From Candidatus Bathyarchaeota archaeon (GTDB taxonomy: Archaea; Thermoproteota; Bathyarchaeia; Bathyarchaeales; Bathyarchaeaceae), in contig JAUWDY010000001.1 of assembly GCA_030608565.1 (NCBI GenBank), positions 15,457-79,456 of the forward strand: DNA of 64,000 nt. Reading direction: 5' to 3'. Below, piece by piece: positions 10,388-19,477 of the stretch; the stretch's first letter is position 1, and every line of letters starts with the position of its first letter. The notes below the pieces were generated by a model, which searched no databases, was not told where the DNA came from, and saw only the letters and a list, made by a program, of their open reading frames with translations. The position numbers and the translations under genes are program-made.

Positions 10388-11407
10388 ATGTCGCACCAAG
10401 TTCAAGAAATTGAAATAGATAAAATTCATCACAACAAACTCAATCCAAGGCTGGATATAGACTCTCAAGAACTCAATGAACTGGCAGAAACCATTAAGGA
10501 AGTTGGCTTGCTTCAACCGATTATTGTTCGACCAATTGAAAAAGGAGACTACGAAGTTGTTGTCGGGGAAAGACGATATAGAGCTGCTCAACAGGCCGGT
10601 CTAAAAACTGTAAGAGCGTACGTCCGAGACTTCACAGATGAAGAGGTTGTAGAGCTGAATCTAATAGAGAATGTCCAGAGAGCAGATCTCAGTGCAGTAG
10701 AAAAAGGGAATTGCTGTAAGAATTTGATGGATAAATATCCCAAAAGATATCCGACGCTAGCAGCAGTTGGTGGTAGAATAGGAGTTTCTGGCACAACTGT
10801 AAGAAGCTGGCTTCAACTAGTCGAAGCACCTTTGGAACTTCAGAAAATGGTGGCGCCAGCAGCTAAGATAGGGGTTCCCAGAGAATCTGGAAAAATAGAT
10901 TGGGACACTGCAGTAACAATAACTCGACGTGTTAAGCAGCCCGAGAGACAAGTCGAAATCGCTCGAGAAATCGCAAGTAAACCAATCTACAGAAGAGAAG
11001 CAAGGGAAGTTATCGCCAGAGCTGCAATGGAACCTGAGAAGCCGATTAAGGAACTAATCAAAGCAGTTGTTGAAACTCCATATGAACTTCCTTTTAGACT
11101 ATCCCACATGAAACCTATCCTTAACGGTGTCAAAACTCAGACTTCGAGAAAGGGTATACGAGATCCCAAAATCAAAATAGGCGCCAAGATTCATGCTGCT
11201 GTCTGGGAACCTCATTTTGCGGATTTGATCGTCACTTCAATCAATCGTAAGCGATTAGGAGACTTTACTGAGGAGGATGCCAAACGAGAAGGAGGATATA
11301 CCTTAGATGAATTCCGAAAAGTCTGGATTAAAATTCATGGGAAGTGGGATGAAAATGAGTCTGTCTATGTGATCGGTTTCCAAGCAGAAGAAAAAGAGGA
11401 AGAGTAG
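10388..11407 (+). CDS. ParB/Srx N-terminal domain + HTH + C-terminal ASCH domain fusion protein
   Basis: The ParB box is LNPRLDI..LAETIKEVGLLQPIIVRP...VVVGERRYRAAQQAGL. The C-terminal ASCH-like segment is HMKPILNGVKTQTSRKG...AKREGGYTLDEFRKVWIKIHG. Confidence 0.75.
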   Translation: MSHQVQEIEIDKIHHNKLNPRLDIDSQELNELAETIKEVGLLQPIIVRPIEKGDYEVVVGERRYRAAQQAGLKTVRAYVRDFTDEEVVELNLIENVQRADLSAVEKGNCCKNLMDKYPKRYPTLAAVGGRIGVSGTTVRSWLQLVEAPLELQKMVAPAAKIGVPRESGKIDWDTAVTITRRVKQPERQVEIAREIASKPIYRREAREVIARAAMEPEKPIKELIKAVVETPYELPFRLSHMKPILNGVKTQTSRKGIRDPKIKIGAKIHAAVWEPHFADLIVTSINRKRLGDFTEEDAKREGGYTLDEFRKVWIKIHGKWDENESVYVIGFQAEEKEEE

Positions 11408-11409
11408 GA

Positions 11410-12156
11410 ATGTCTTGGAAAAAAGAGTCGATTATTGTCTTGGTCAAAGCCACCCCGATCTGGAGTGCTTCTCTAGGACGATACACAATCTGTACTGCTG
11501 GAATTGCAGAAGACGGAGGATGGCGAAGGTTATACCCATTTACTTGGAGAACAATCAAGAATAATAACATCAGACTATGGGATTCAATATCAGTTGAAAC
11601 CAAAAAACCATCTAGAGACCAGCGCCCTGAAAGTCGGAAAATAAAGAATGATACAGTTGCGAATCTTGGATGTGCAATAAGCAATAGGGAAAAACGACGA
11701 AAATACTTGAATGGACTCACCGATTCTCAGATTCCTAACGCCACCAAAGAAAAGAAAACACTTTCAGTTATCAAACCCATTCTGTTTGAGTTTTCAGTAG
11801 AAAAAAGGGAGGAAAAAGTTGACCAAGCAACGCTTTATGGAGGGGAGTTCAAAAAAAGACCTTATCACAATATTGGAATTTTCTACAAGTTCAAATGCGG
11901 AGAAAAGGGTTGTGGTGTATGTAGAAAGGTTGGGAAATTCCACATAATGGAATGCTTTGATTTTGGAGCAAATCATCTGTACAGACGGTATGATGACGAG
12001 AATGTTGCAGAAGAAAAAGTTCGTGATAAGTGTTTTACGAAAATGAGATTTGATTATGATTGTTGGTTTGCAATGGGAACTCACAGCCTGTATCCCTTTT
12101 TGAGATGGATGGTTATAGGTCTACTATGGATGAAAAAAGCAATACCTACACCTTAG
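11410..12156 (+). CDS. hypothetical protein, Cys-rich (CGEKGCGVC...H..EC)
   Basis: 248 aa. It starts 3 nt after the ParB-ASCH stop, so it is probably co-transcribed. I recognise no family. Confidence 0.5.
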   Translation: MSWKKESIIVLVKATPIWSASLGRYTICTAGIAEDGGWRRLYPFTWRTIKNNNIRLWDSISVETKKPSRDQRPESRKIKNDTVANLGCAISNREKRRKYLNGLTDSQIPNATKEKKTLSVIKPILFEFSVEKREEKVDQATLYGGEFKKRPYHNIGIFYKFKCGEKGCGVCRKVGKFHIMECFDFGANHLYRRYDDENVAEEKVRDKCFTKMRFDYDCWFAMGTHSLYPFLRWMVIGLLWMKKAIPTP

Positions 12157-12285
12157 AATGCATGCATAGGATTTCTATAAAATATGCGTGAAACGGCTTT
12201 TGCAGATACCTTGCATTTTCATTTCGAAACGTTATATTCTGCTTGACACTATTATGAGAAGTCATAACTCTCATGAGGGAGCGTT

Positions 12286-14190
12286 TTGATTGAATCATCA
12301 TTGAGTTCTCAGATAGAAAGAACTGGAAATATCTTGAGAAAGGGTGCGTCTGATCAGATTGTAGATTATAATAGACGCTTCGAGTCTATCAAAGGCCTTT
12401 ATGACACTTTTCTTGCTGATCTACTTGTGTCAGATTTTAGCTACGAGAAAGCCTATGAGACAGCAAAGAGATTCTTGGGTTCTGACAAAGTAGAGTTTGC
12501 AGCGGTTGACGGTACTGAATACACTCGTCCATTGTTTGACATGGTGATATTTTTTGGAGGTTCATACGCTGCTAGAGGTACTATAGAGTTCAAAAAAGAT
12601 AAACCTCCTAAAGTTGAGTATGCAACTCGCTTTCTTGAGCAAGGAAGAGGAATTTCCAGTTGCATACCTCTTTACGTTAACAAGGTTGTAGAAGTTGACA
12701 AGTCACTGAGTCCCATGTTAGAACTTGAACCCACTAGGATCTCTTTAATTAAGCCTTTGACTGACGAGTCAATAGCAAATAATTCATCGATTGCTTCCTG
12801 GATCATGGCTTTTTCGGAAATCTACCTAGCCTATAAACTAGCATCAGAACCAGAAGAAAACATCAAGATCTTGTTTCTTGACAGAAGTCTAACTTGCATG
12901 CAATCAAGTCTGATGTATGACACTTCTAGGAGGAAACGGTGGAAAACACATGGAGCTCTCTTTGGCTATGAAATTGATGGAGAATCTATCGATATGAACG
13001 ATCTTGCATTTGGAAGACATCGGATTCTTAACAAAGATTTAGGGACACCTTCTCCTAGAGGGGACTATCTAAGGTACAGTATTATCTATCTCCTTGAAGG
13101 AAAAGATTCCCATTCGTCTTTTAACGAAATCTGCAGAGAATTGAGCGTTAAAGATGAGAAGAGACGATCAAGGGTTTTGCGATATATCAAGAAGTCTGTG
13201 AAAGAGAATTATCTGGAAGAGAAAGCAGGAAAGTATAAAGTAAATTCCAAGTATAAAACTTCATGGCAACGACTCAAGAAACTCGTTAACATAATCGGGA
13301 AACAACTCTTTGAAGAGATAGTAGATAAAAATCCTCTTCAGGTAAAGAAGGGAGACAAATTCGATTGGTTGACAACACAAGACATTGCTTTTCTGACATT
13401 GTTTTGCATATACATGTTGGTTGAAGAATGCTGGAATAGAAAGATTCTGCTTTTAGGAATAACTAAGGACACTGCTTCTAGAGATTTCAAGAATCATGTT
13501 ATCCCTGTATTTGTTAATCAAAGAATATGGAAACACGTTGTTGATCAAGACAAATTGAGAGATGTTCCAAACACTGACAGGATGTTTCTTCAATCCATTA
13601 GCCTCTTCAACTACCAGAAAGTGAAGGTTCCTTGGAGTTTAGTGGAATATGACTCTGCCTTTCGAACTATAATCCCTGATCTGAAGAAGCGTATGGGCTA
13701 TGTTAGTGGAGCGATTAGAAACAGGATAATTCCTGAGAGACTCTTCGTCAAATCTTATATTCAGCTTTCTCAAGCAAAATCTGATCCTCAACTTCGCAGC
13801 AACGTTTTGTTCATAGATAGACTAGTTTATCCCGATTTTGATCTCAAGAAGGAATTAAGAGTGTCTTTCAAACAGGATTATGGTGGAGCAACTGAACCTA
13901 TTGATGTTATTGTGTTCAGAGATAAGAATATGGATAATGAGGTTCAGAACTTAGTCATGATAATGCTTGAAGCTATGACTAGCCCCAGTATTCCAGAGGT
14001 TTTTGGACATAACAAGCCTTTATTCATAGCTGACAAGGTGGCTAAATGGCATTATGGTCAGGCGAGGAAAATTATAGATACAACTGGACGATGGATTATT
14101 AACCGTCATGATCTTAGAAAGTTTGTGTTTTACATGAGTACGTTTAGGGAAAGGAGGTCACAAATTGAATCTGCAAGAAGAGAAATTTAA
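12286..14190 (+). CDS. NurA-like nuclease domain protein (large, divergent)
   Basis: 634 aa. The N-terminal EFAAVDGTEY resembles the catalytic (I/V)DGS motif of NurA. It overlaps the downstream HerA-like ATPase by 26 nt. Confidence 0.5.
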   Translation: MIESSLSSQIERTGNILRKGASDQIVDYNRRFESIKGLYDTFLADLLVSDFSYEKAYETAKRFLGSDKVEFAAVDGTEYTRPLFDMVIFFGGSYAARGTIEFKKDKPPKVEYATRFLEQGRGISSCIPLYVNKVVEVDKSLSPMLELEPTRISLIKPLTDESIANNSSIASWIMAFSEIYLAYKLASEPEENIKILFLDRSLTCMQSSLMYDTSRRKRWKTHGALFGYEIDGESIDMNDLAFGRHRILNKDLGTPSPRGDYLRYSIIYLLEGKDSHSSFNEICRELSVKDEKRRSRVLRYIKKSVKENYLEEKAGKYKVNSKYKTSWQRLKKLVNIIGKQLFEEIVDKNPLQVKKGDKFDWLTTQDIAFLTLFCIYMLVEECWNRKILLLGITKDTASRDFKNHVIPVFVNQRIWKHVVDQDKLRDVPNTDRMFLQSISLFNYQKVKVPWSLVEYDSAFRTIIPDLKKRMGYVSGAIRNRIIPERLFVKSYIQLSQAKSDPQLRSNVLFIDRLVYPDFDLKKELRVSFKQDYGGATEPIDVIVFRDKNMDNEVQNLVMIMLEAMTSPSIPEVFGHNKPLFIADKVAKWHYGQARKIIDTTGRWIINRHDLRKFVFYMSTFRERRSQIESARREI

Positions 14191-16015
14191 AGCACGTTTC
14201 ACGGATTTCGATGGAAAGTTTCGGGGAAGGCTTAGTGCAGTAATTCCCAAAATGATGATGGGTGAATCTAAGTTTGTGTCAGCAAGGTTTGATTGCAGAG
14301 TGAAGGTGGAATACCAGAAAGACTTGATGGGTCTTCTGGAAGAGGGTATGCTATTGGCTGTGAGGAATTTCAAACCCTCAGAATCTGGAGAAAGGTTTAC
14401 TCTCATGGAAATTTCCAGAGTGTGGCCAGAACACTTCGGGCTTCGAGGTCTAAGAGATTCAAGTTACTATCCAATGCAATTTGAGATCATAGAACAATCA
14501 GAAGGAGATTGGAGTACAGACGACAAATCTACAATGATGGTGCAAATCAGCTCTATACCAATAAACTATGACCTTTTCTTAAAAGAAGATGATTCATGTG
14601 AGTTCAAGAAAGGTTTCTCTTATCCGGTGATTGCAAGTAAAGCCTACATACTGAACAGTAGTATGATCAATCGCATGTACAACCAGAGAATAATCGAAAA
14701 GATGGCCATCGATGTTTCTGGGACAACTGCGGATGCAAGAGCTGATCCTCGTCTCGGAGTTATTAAGATGTTCGAGGCAAGTAAAGCGAGAATTCCTATC
14801 TACATCGACTTTGAAAGCCTTGTTAGGTATCATTTCGGAGTTTTTGCATTCACAGGTGGTGGCAAGAGCAATTTGACGTCAAATATTCTCAGACGGATTC
14901 TCTATCACACTAAAGACACGAAGGTTGTGATCTTTGACATTAGCTGTGAATATCCATTCCTGCTAATGGATGTCTTTGCTGATCCAAACATATCCTCGAA
15001 GATAATACTTGAGAATAGAATAGATATTGTTCAACAGTTCTACGACTCAATAGTCAAACCAAAGGAATACGAAGGTGACAATAGAGTACTTGAAGGCTTG
15101 AAGAAGATATTTGACTTCAAAGACAGAATTGGCTATTATGCCAAGCCTAAGTTAGTGATCCCAAATTATGCAAAATTCCTAGATGAGCTAAAGAACTTAT
15201 GGAAAGGTTCTGCAGACAAGCCCCATTATGTCAATGCTATTGATGAGATTAAAGGTGCTGTGATAAAATACATGGAAGACAACAGATTCGTGGAGAATCA
15301 ACCAATAGACGAAGAATTTGTCAAATTTATACATGAAAAAGCTTCTCAGGCAGTAAATAAGTTCAAAGTAAGTGACAGGAGCGGTTTGTACGCTTGGGGA
15401 AACACAAGAATTGAGTTGCTTGATGTATTTAGAAAGGCACGAGAAGAGGAGCAAAAAGAGATCAAAGGGTTGACAACCCGCAAGATTCAAGGATTGATTC
15501 AAGGGAGAGAGAGACTTGTATGTATATCCATTTCTGACCCGGCTACAATCAAGAGCATCGTTATAGCGCTGACTCGCAATATGCTTGCCGAGAGAAAGCG
15601 AGAATTCAAAGTGAAACCATACGTTCTATTTGTGTTTGACGAGGCTCAAGAGTTTATACCTGCAGGCGCATCAGGGATTGATGGAAGGTGCTCAGGGAGT
15701 GTTGAGACGCTTCTTAGGCAAGGAAGAAAATATGGTCTAGGAGGTTGTGTGGCAACACAGAGAATAGCTTATCTCAATACTAATGCACTGCAACAGTTAC
15801 ATACATATTTCGTTGGCACATTGCCAAGACCTTATGACAGACAGGTAGTAAGCAGCACATTCATGATTGACCAAGGAATTCTGGAGAAGACTCTTGAGTT
15901 TGCACCTGGTGAATGGCTACTGTCCAGTTACATTGCAACAGGAATTGAGAATGTACCCATTTTCATAAGAGCCGACAATGCAGAGACGGAAATCGAAAGT
16001 TTTCTAAGTTTCTAA
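14165..16015 (+). CDS. HerA/FtsK-superfamily (DUF87-type) ATPase
   Basis: 616 aa. Walker A is GVFAFTGGGKSNLTSN and Walker B is VLFVFDEAQEFIP. It also has the GGCVATQRIAYLN segment typical of HerA. The N-terminal region is barrel-like. Confidence 0.75.
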   Translation: MNLQEEKFKARFTDFDGKFRGRLSAVIPKMMMGESKFVSARFDCRVKVEYQKDLMGLLEEGMLLAVRNFKPSESGERFTLMEISRVWPEHFGLRGLRDSSYYPMQFEIIEQSEGDWSTDDKSTMMVQISSIPINYDLFLKEDDSCEFKKGFSYPVIASKAYILNSSMINRMYNQRIIEKMAIDVSGTTADARADPRLGVIKMFEASKARIPIYIDFESLVRYHFGVFAFTGGGKSNLTSNILRRILYHTKDTKVVIFDISCEYPFLLMDVFADPNISSKIILENRIDIVQQFYDSIVKPKEYEGDNRVLEGLKKIFDFKDRIGYYAKPKLVIPNYAKFLDELKNLWKGSADKPHYVNAIDEIKGAVIKYMEDNRFVENQPIDEEFVKFIHEKASQAVNKFKVSDRSGLYAWGNTRIELLDVFRKAREEEQKEIKGLTTRKIQGLIQGRERLVCISISDPATIKSIVIALTRNMLAERKREFKVKPYVLFVFDEAQEFIPAGASGIDGRCSGSVETLLRQGRKYGLGGCVATQRIAYLNTNALQQLHTYFVGTLPRPYDRQVVSSTFMIDQGILEKTLEFAPGEWLLSSYIATGIENVPIFIRADNAETEIESFLSF

Positions 16016-16086
16016 TGTGCAGTTTGGTTTAAAAAATCTTGTAAACCTCTAGAATTTTCTTTTAGTTAGAAATTGGGAAGTTAGAA
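16001..16086. repeat. island intergenic repeat, copy A
   Basis: TTTCTAAGTTTCTA...GTTTGGTTTAAA...TTAGTTAGAAATTGGGAAGTTAGAA. The left core overlaps the last codons (SFLSF*) of the HerA-like gene. Confidence 0.8.
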
Positions 16087-16214
16087 TCCTTAGGAAATTT
16101 TCTTTCGATTTTTTCTTATTTATCTTTATAATATTGATATGAGAGATTCTCAAAACAAAATCTTTCAGAGAAAGATCAGAACTATCAACCAAAATATTTG
16201 TATTATAGTTTTTC

Positions 16215-16232
16215 TACTATAATATTATAGTA
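16215..16232. promoter_or_regulatory. perfect 18-bp palindrome TACTATAATATTATAGTA (candidate operator)
   Basis: Verified by hand to be self-complementary. It lies 58 nt upstream of the wHTH gene start at 16290, in a TATA-rich spacer. Confidence 0.6.
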
Positions 16233-16289
16233 AATAATATATAATGTTATAGTTAGAACACTATATAACACTATACGAGTGAGACTAAT

Positions 16290-17354
16290 ATGGACACTAC
16301 AACCTTCCGAATCTTAGATACGATATCTGCAGGATTAGGTAAATCTTTTTCAATTAACCAATTAACTGCAAAGATCAAGGAGAGACATGGCACTGCTCAT
16401 TATGCAAATATCTACAAAAAGTTACACGAGCTAGAAAGACAACAGATCTTAGACTTGAACAAAATAGGAAAGTCCTCTATTGTTAGATTGAACTTCCAGA
16501 ACTATCTATTGATCGATTTACTAACGGAAATGGAGATAAAAAAGAAACTAGAATTTCTACAAGAAAAAACTGATCTTCAGATGCTTCTTCAAGAAATGTA
16601 TAGATATCTGAACAAAATGTATAGCATAAAATCAATCTGCTCCGTGAATCCAAAGAAGAATATAAAGCTCAATAGATTAGAGTTGTTGTTTCTTCTGAAA
16701 ACCTCTAAGGAAGAGTCACTCACACAAGATGAGATAACCAAAATTCTCAATGGACTACAAAAACTGCAAAATAAACACAATCTGAGAATCGATTGTCTTC
16801 TACTTGAAGAGTATGAGTTTTTAAATCTTCTAGAATCAGATGAAATAAACCCCCTCAAAGAAATTCTCTCTGATAAAATAGCTTTCTTCTGTCCTCAAGC
16901 ATTCTGGGATGAGATTCGAGGAATTATTGACAGAGGAATAGAAGTCATAACTAAGGAAAGGGAAACGAAACCTGCAGAGATTACTGAAGTGGATCTAATC
17001 TACAATCTTGCAAGGTTTGGGTATAAGGAATTTGGCTCAAGAATAAGACAAGGACAAAAATTCTGCATTGAGTACATAATCATGGCACTATTGATGCAAA
17101 ATGATGTGAGGCGTATCGAAGCTGTACCGATAATTCTCGCAAAACATAATACCAACAGTAGTCTCTTGCTATTTCTAGCTCAAAAATATAGGCTGTCGGG
17201 AAGATTGCTGGGCCTGTTGAAAATCCTAGAAAAAACAAAGCCAATGAAAGAGATCAAGAAGACGATAAAACTTCTTGAAGCCTTGAATGTAGAGGAGATA
17301 AAGGCAGACGAAGAAAGCATTCTACAAAAGATGAGGCTATACAATGCCGCTTGA
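16290..17354 (+). CDS. winged-helix (wHTH) N-terminal domain protein, partner of the downstream nucleotidyltransferase (AbiEi-like role proposed)
   Basis: 354 aa. The N-terminal FRILDTISAGLGKSFSINQLTAKIKE...YKKLHELERQQIL has a wHTH-like pattern. It overlaps the next gene by 11 nt. Confidence 0.45.
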   Translation: MDTTTFRILDTISAGLGKSFSINQLTAKIKERHGTAHYANIYKKLHELERQQILDLNKIGKSSIVRLNFQNYLLIDLLTEMEIKKKLEFLQEKTDLQMLLQEMYRYLNKMYSIKSICSVNPKKNIKLNRLELLFLLKTSKEESLTQDEITKILNGLQKLQNKHNLRIDCLLLEEYEFLNLLESDEINPLKEILSDKIAFFCPQAFWDEIRGIIDRGIEVITKERETKPAEITEVDLIYNLARFGYKEFGSRIRQGQKFCIEYIIMALLMQNDVRRIEAVPIILAKHNTNSSLLLFLAQKYRLSGRLLGLLKILEKTKPMKEIKKTIKLLEALNVEEIKADEESILQKMRLYNAA

Positions 17355-17850
17355 CAAAAGTCGTTTGCTTGATTTCCTAGCGGTTTTGGATGTTGAACTC
17401 AATAGGAAAATCACAGTCGTGGCAGTTGGCGGCACTGCAATGACGCTTCTCGATCTGAAACCTTCAACAGTTGACATTGACTTCACTGTGCTAAACGCGG
17501 ATTATGATGATTTCAATAAGGCCTTGGCAAATCTTTCGCATGGTTTCAAAGTGGACGTATATACAGATGGAATGATCTTCAGTCAAGCTCTTCCTGACGA
17601 CTACTTGGAGAAGAGTGTCCCGATAACTAGCTTCCAGCACATAAACTTGAAAGCTCTTCATCCGGTTGACATAGTAGTAACGAAAATTGGAAGACTAGAC
17701 CAAAGAGACATTCAAGATATCGAAGCTTGTGTTAAGAAATCTAAGCTCTCAAAGACCCAAGTTGAGGAAAGAGCGAATCAGGTTCAATATGTGGGTCGAG
17801 AAGAGAACTACAAATACAATCTGCAATACGTTTTGAAGGAAATGTTCTGA
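17344..17850 (+). CDS. nucleotidyltransferase-fold protein (AbiEii/MNT-like)
   Basis: 168 aa. VVAVGGTAMTLLDLKPSTVDIDFTV fits the hG[GS]x9-14DhDh minimal NTase motif. Confidence 0.6.
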   Translation: MPLDKSRLLDFLAVLDVELNRKITVVAVGGTAMTLLDLKPSTVDIDFTVLNADYDDFNKALANLSHGFKVDVYTDGMIFSQALPDDYLEKSVPITSFQHINLKALHPVDIVVTKIGRLDQRDIQDIEACVKKSKLSKTQVEERANQVQYVGREENYKYNLQYVLKEMF

Positions 17851-17899
17851 GTATTCGATATTCTAGTTTCACCAGAAATTGTTACAATCGGAAGTTTGT

Positions 17900-17987
17900 T
17901 TTCTAAGTTTCTACTTTATAATCAAGTTTAAGATTTTATAAACTTCTAATTTTTATTTGGAATTAGGAAGTTAGAAGTTGGAAAGTT
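17900..17987. repeat. island intergenic repeat, copy B
   Basis: TTTCTAAGTTTCTACTTTATAATCAAGTTTAAGATTTTATAAACTTCTAA...GGAATTAGGAAGTTAGAAGTTGGAAAGTT, between convergent stop codons (17850 and 18009). Confidence 0.8.
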
Positions 17988-18008
17988 AAAATCGAGGGCT
18001 CAATCCTG

Positions 18009-18941
18009 CTATTTACGTAGATTAAGTCTATTCAAAATCCGTCTAGTGTTTTCCAGTACCCACATAGTGGTGAGTCTATTCGGTATGTCTCCACGGTGAA
18101 CAGCCAAATTTCTGACATATGACACTTCCTGAAGCGCGCGCGCTTCGTGCTTATCAACAACTCCAAACTTCAGGGCCAACTGCAACAAAACTCCCAGAGA
18201 TTTCCTTTTTGCGCTCACATCTTTCATTCTTAATGCTTCTTCCAAGGCTAACTCAAGGGCTATCGTAGTCCTAACTAAGCATTCAAGGTAGTTTCCTGTT
18301 CTAAAGGCTATATCAGCTCCTGCCAAAGGTTCTTCAACAGCAGGTTTTGTCGATGCTGATTGCTTCTCTTCTTTGATAAGTCTCCGGACTTCCTTCTTCT
18401 TTTGTTTTCTTGTTTCAAGACCATCTTGTAGAGTCTCGAAAATGAATCTTCTCAGATCATTAGCCACTTGTTCATAGAGATCCTCTTTTCCACGAAACTG
18501 ATGGTATTTGAATTGACTCTTAAGGTCTTCTTCGATGAATTTGGTGAGTTTTTGGTCTCTTCGTTTAACCTTCTTAACATAGGTTAGACAGGGTTTCCGA
18601 TATCTCACTGCTTCTTTGTACTCTTTCATAGCTATTTCGGAATATTCACGCCCAAAAACACCAACATAGATATCAGAATTTCTGACCGCCTTGAGTGATG
18701 CTTCCAGAACATCCCTTGAGTCAGCTCCCATATTTTCAAGCGGTACACACGCTAAGAACGGAATACTGGAGATTACTTTAGCTAGCCTGTTTCGTTCCTT
18801 CTCAAATTCTTCTTGGTCTGAACTCAAAAAGATATCGAGGCTTTTTCGTGGCATTTTCCTTACATCTGTTGTTTTCTTGTCTTGATTTATAATTCTTCGT
18901 ATACAAACTCGTAACCTACTATGTGTTGTCTTGAATTTCAA
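18009..18941 (-). CDS. DUF4062 (TIR/deoxyribosyltransferase-like) N-terminal domain + C-terminal HEPN domain protein
   Basis: The N-terminus IFLSSDQEEFEKERNRL...NSDIYVGVFGREY matches the DUF4062 pattern. The C-terminus has the Rx4H motif YVRNLAVHRGD. The likely start is M30 (18854). Confidence 0.6.
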   Translation of the reverse strand: MKFKTTHSRLRVCIRRIINQDKKTTDVRKMPRKSLDIFLSSDQEEFEKERNRLAKVISSIPFLACVPLENMGADSRDVLEASLKAVRNSDIYVGVFGREYSEIAMKEYKEAVRYRKPCLTYVKKVKRRDQKLTKFIEEDLKSQFKYHQFRGKEDLYEQVANDLRRFIFETLQDGLETRKQKKKEVRRLIKEEKQSASTKPAVEEPLAGADIAFRTGNYLECLVRTTIALELALEEALRMKDVSAKRKSLGVLLQLALKFGVVDKHEARALQEVSYVRNLAVHRGDIPNRLTTMWVLENTRRILNRLNLRK

Positions 18942-19021
18942 ACCTGTGGAAGTATGGAGAAACTGAAGGGAACAGAGAGGCTGGGGAGAGACCTACTCTG
19001 TGGAGTATCCGATAGTAATCG

Positions 19022-19471
19022 TTATTCGTACCATTCTTCTTCTGCTTCAGGATAATACGATAGGAAGTCACCTTGCATATATACGGGCTGTATCTCTTCC
19101 CGTACTCGTAATCGCTTTGCTCCAGAAACAAATACTAATCCGAAGCCGCTCCTTTCACATTTCTCACTTACACGTTCAGAATCCTTCTTGTACTCGTCGA
19201 AAGGAAGAGCAAGCCACTTGTAGTTACCCTTATACTTCGCCAACTGCCTGAAACCGTGAAATTTCGAGAATGCTCTTGTTAGGGTAGATTCTGCTTCAAA
19301 AACATGAAGGCAATCTCTGCGCGCCTGTATGAACATGAGGTCAGGTCTTTTAAATCGTAAATCTGTAGCTTCAGGCTTTGTCATTCGGGAGACATCGTAG
19401 TTTCGTAAGAAATATCTTTCGATTGCTTTGATCATTCTGCTTTCCCTCAGCATTTCGACCGACCTATGCAC
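19022..19471 (-). CDS. hypothetical protein, possibly a degenerate PD-(D/E)xK fold
   Basis: 149 aa. KRPDLMFI...HVFEAES is only loosely nuclease-like. It sits between the TIR gene and the DUF4062-HEPN gene on the same strand. Confidence 0.35.
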   Translation of the reverse strand: MHRSVEMLRESRMIKAIERYFLRNYDVSRMTKPEATDLRFKRPDLMFIQARRDCLHVFEAESTLTRAFSKFHGFRQLAKYKGNYKWLALPFDEYKKDSERVSEKCERSGFGLVFVSGAKRLRVREEIQPVYMQGDFLSYYPEAEEEWYE

Positions 19472-19477
19472 ACACGT

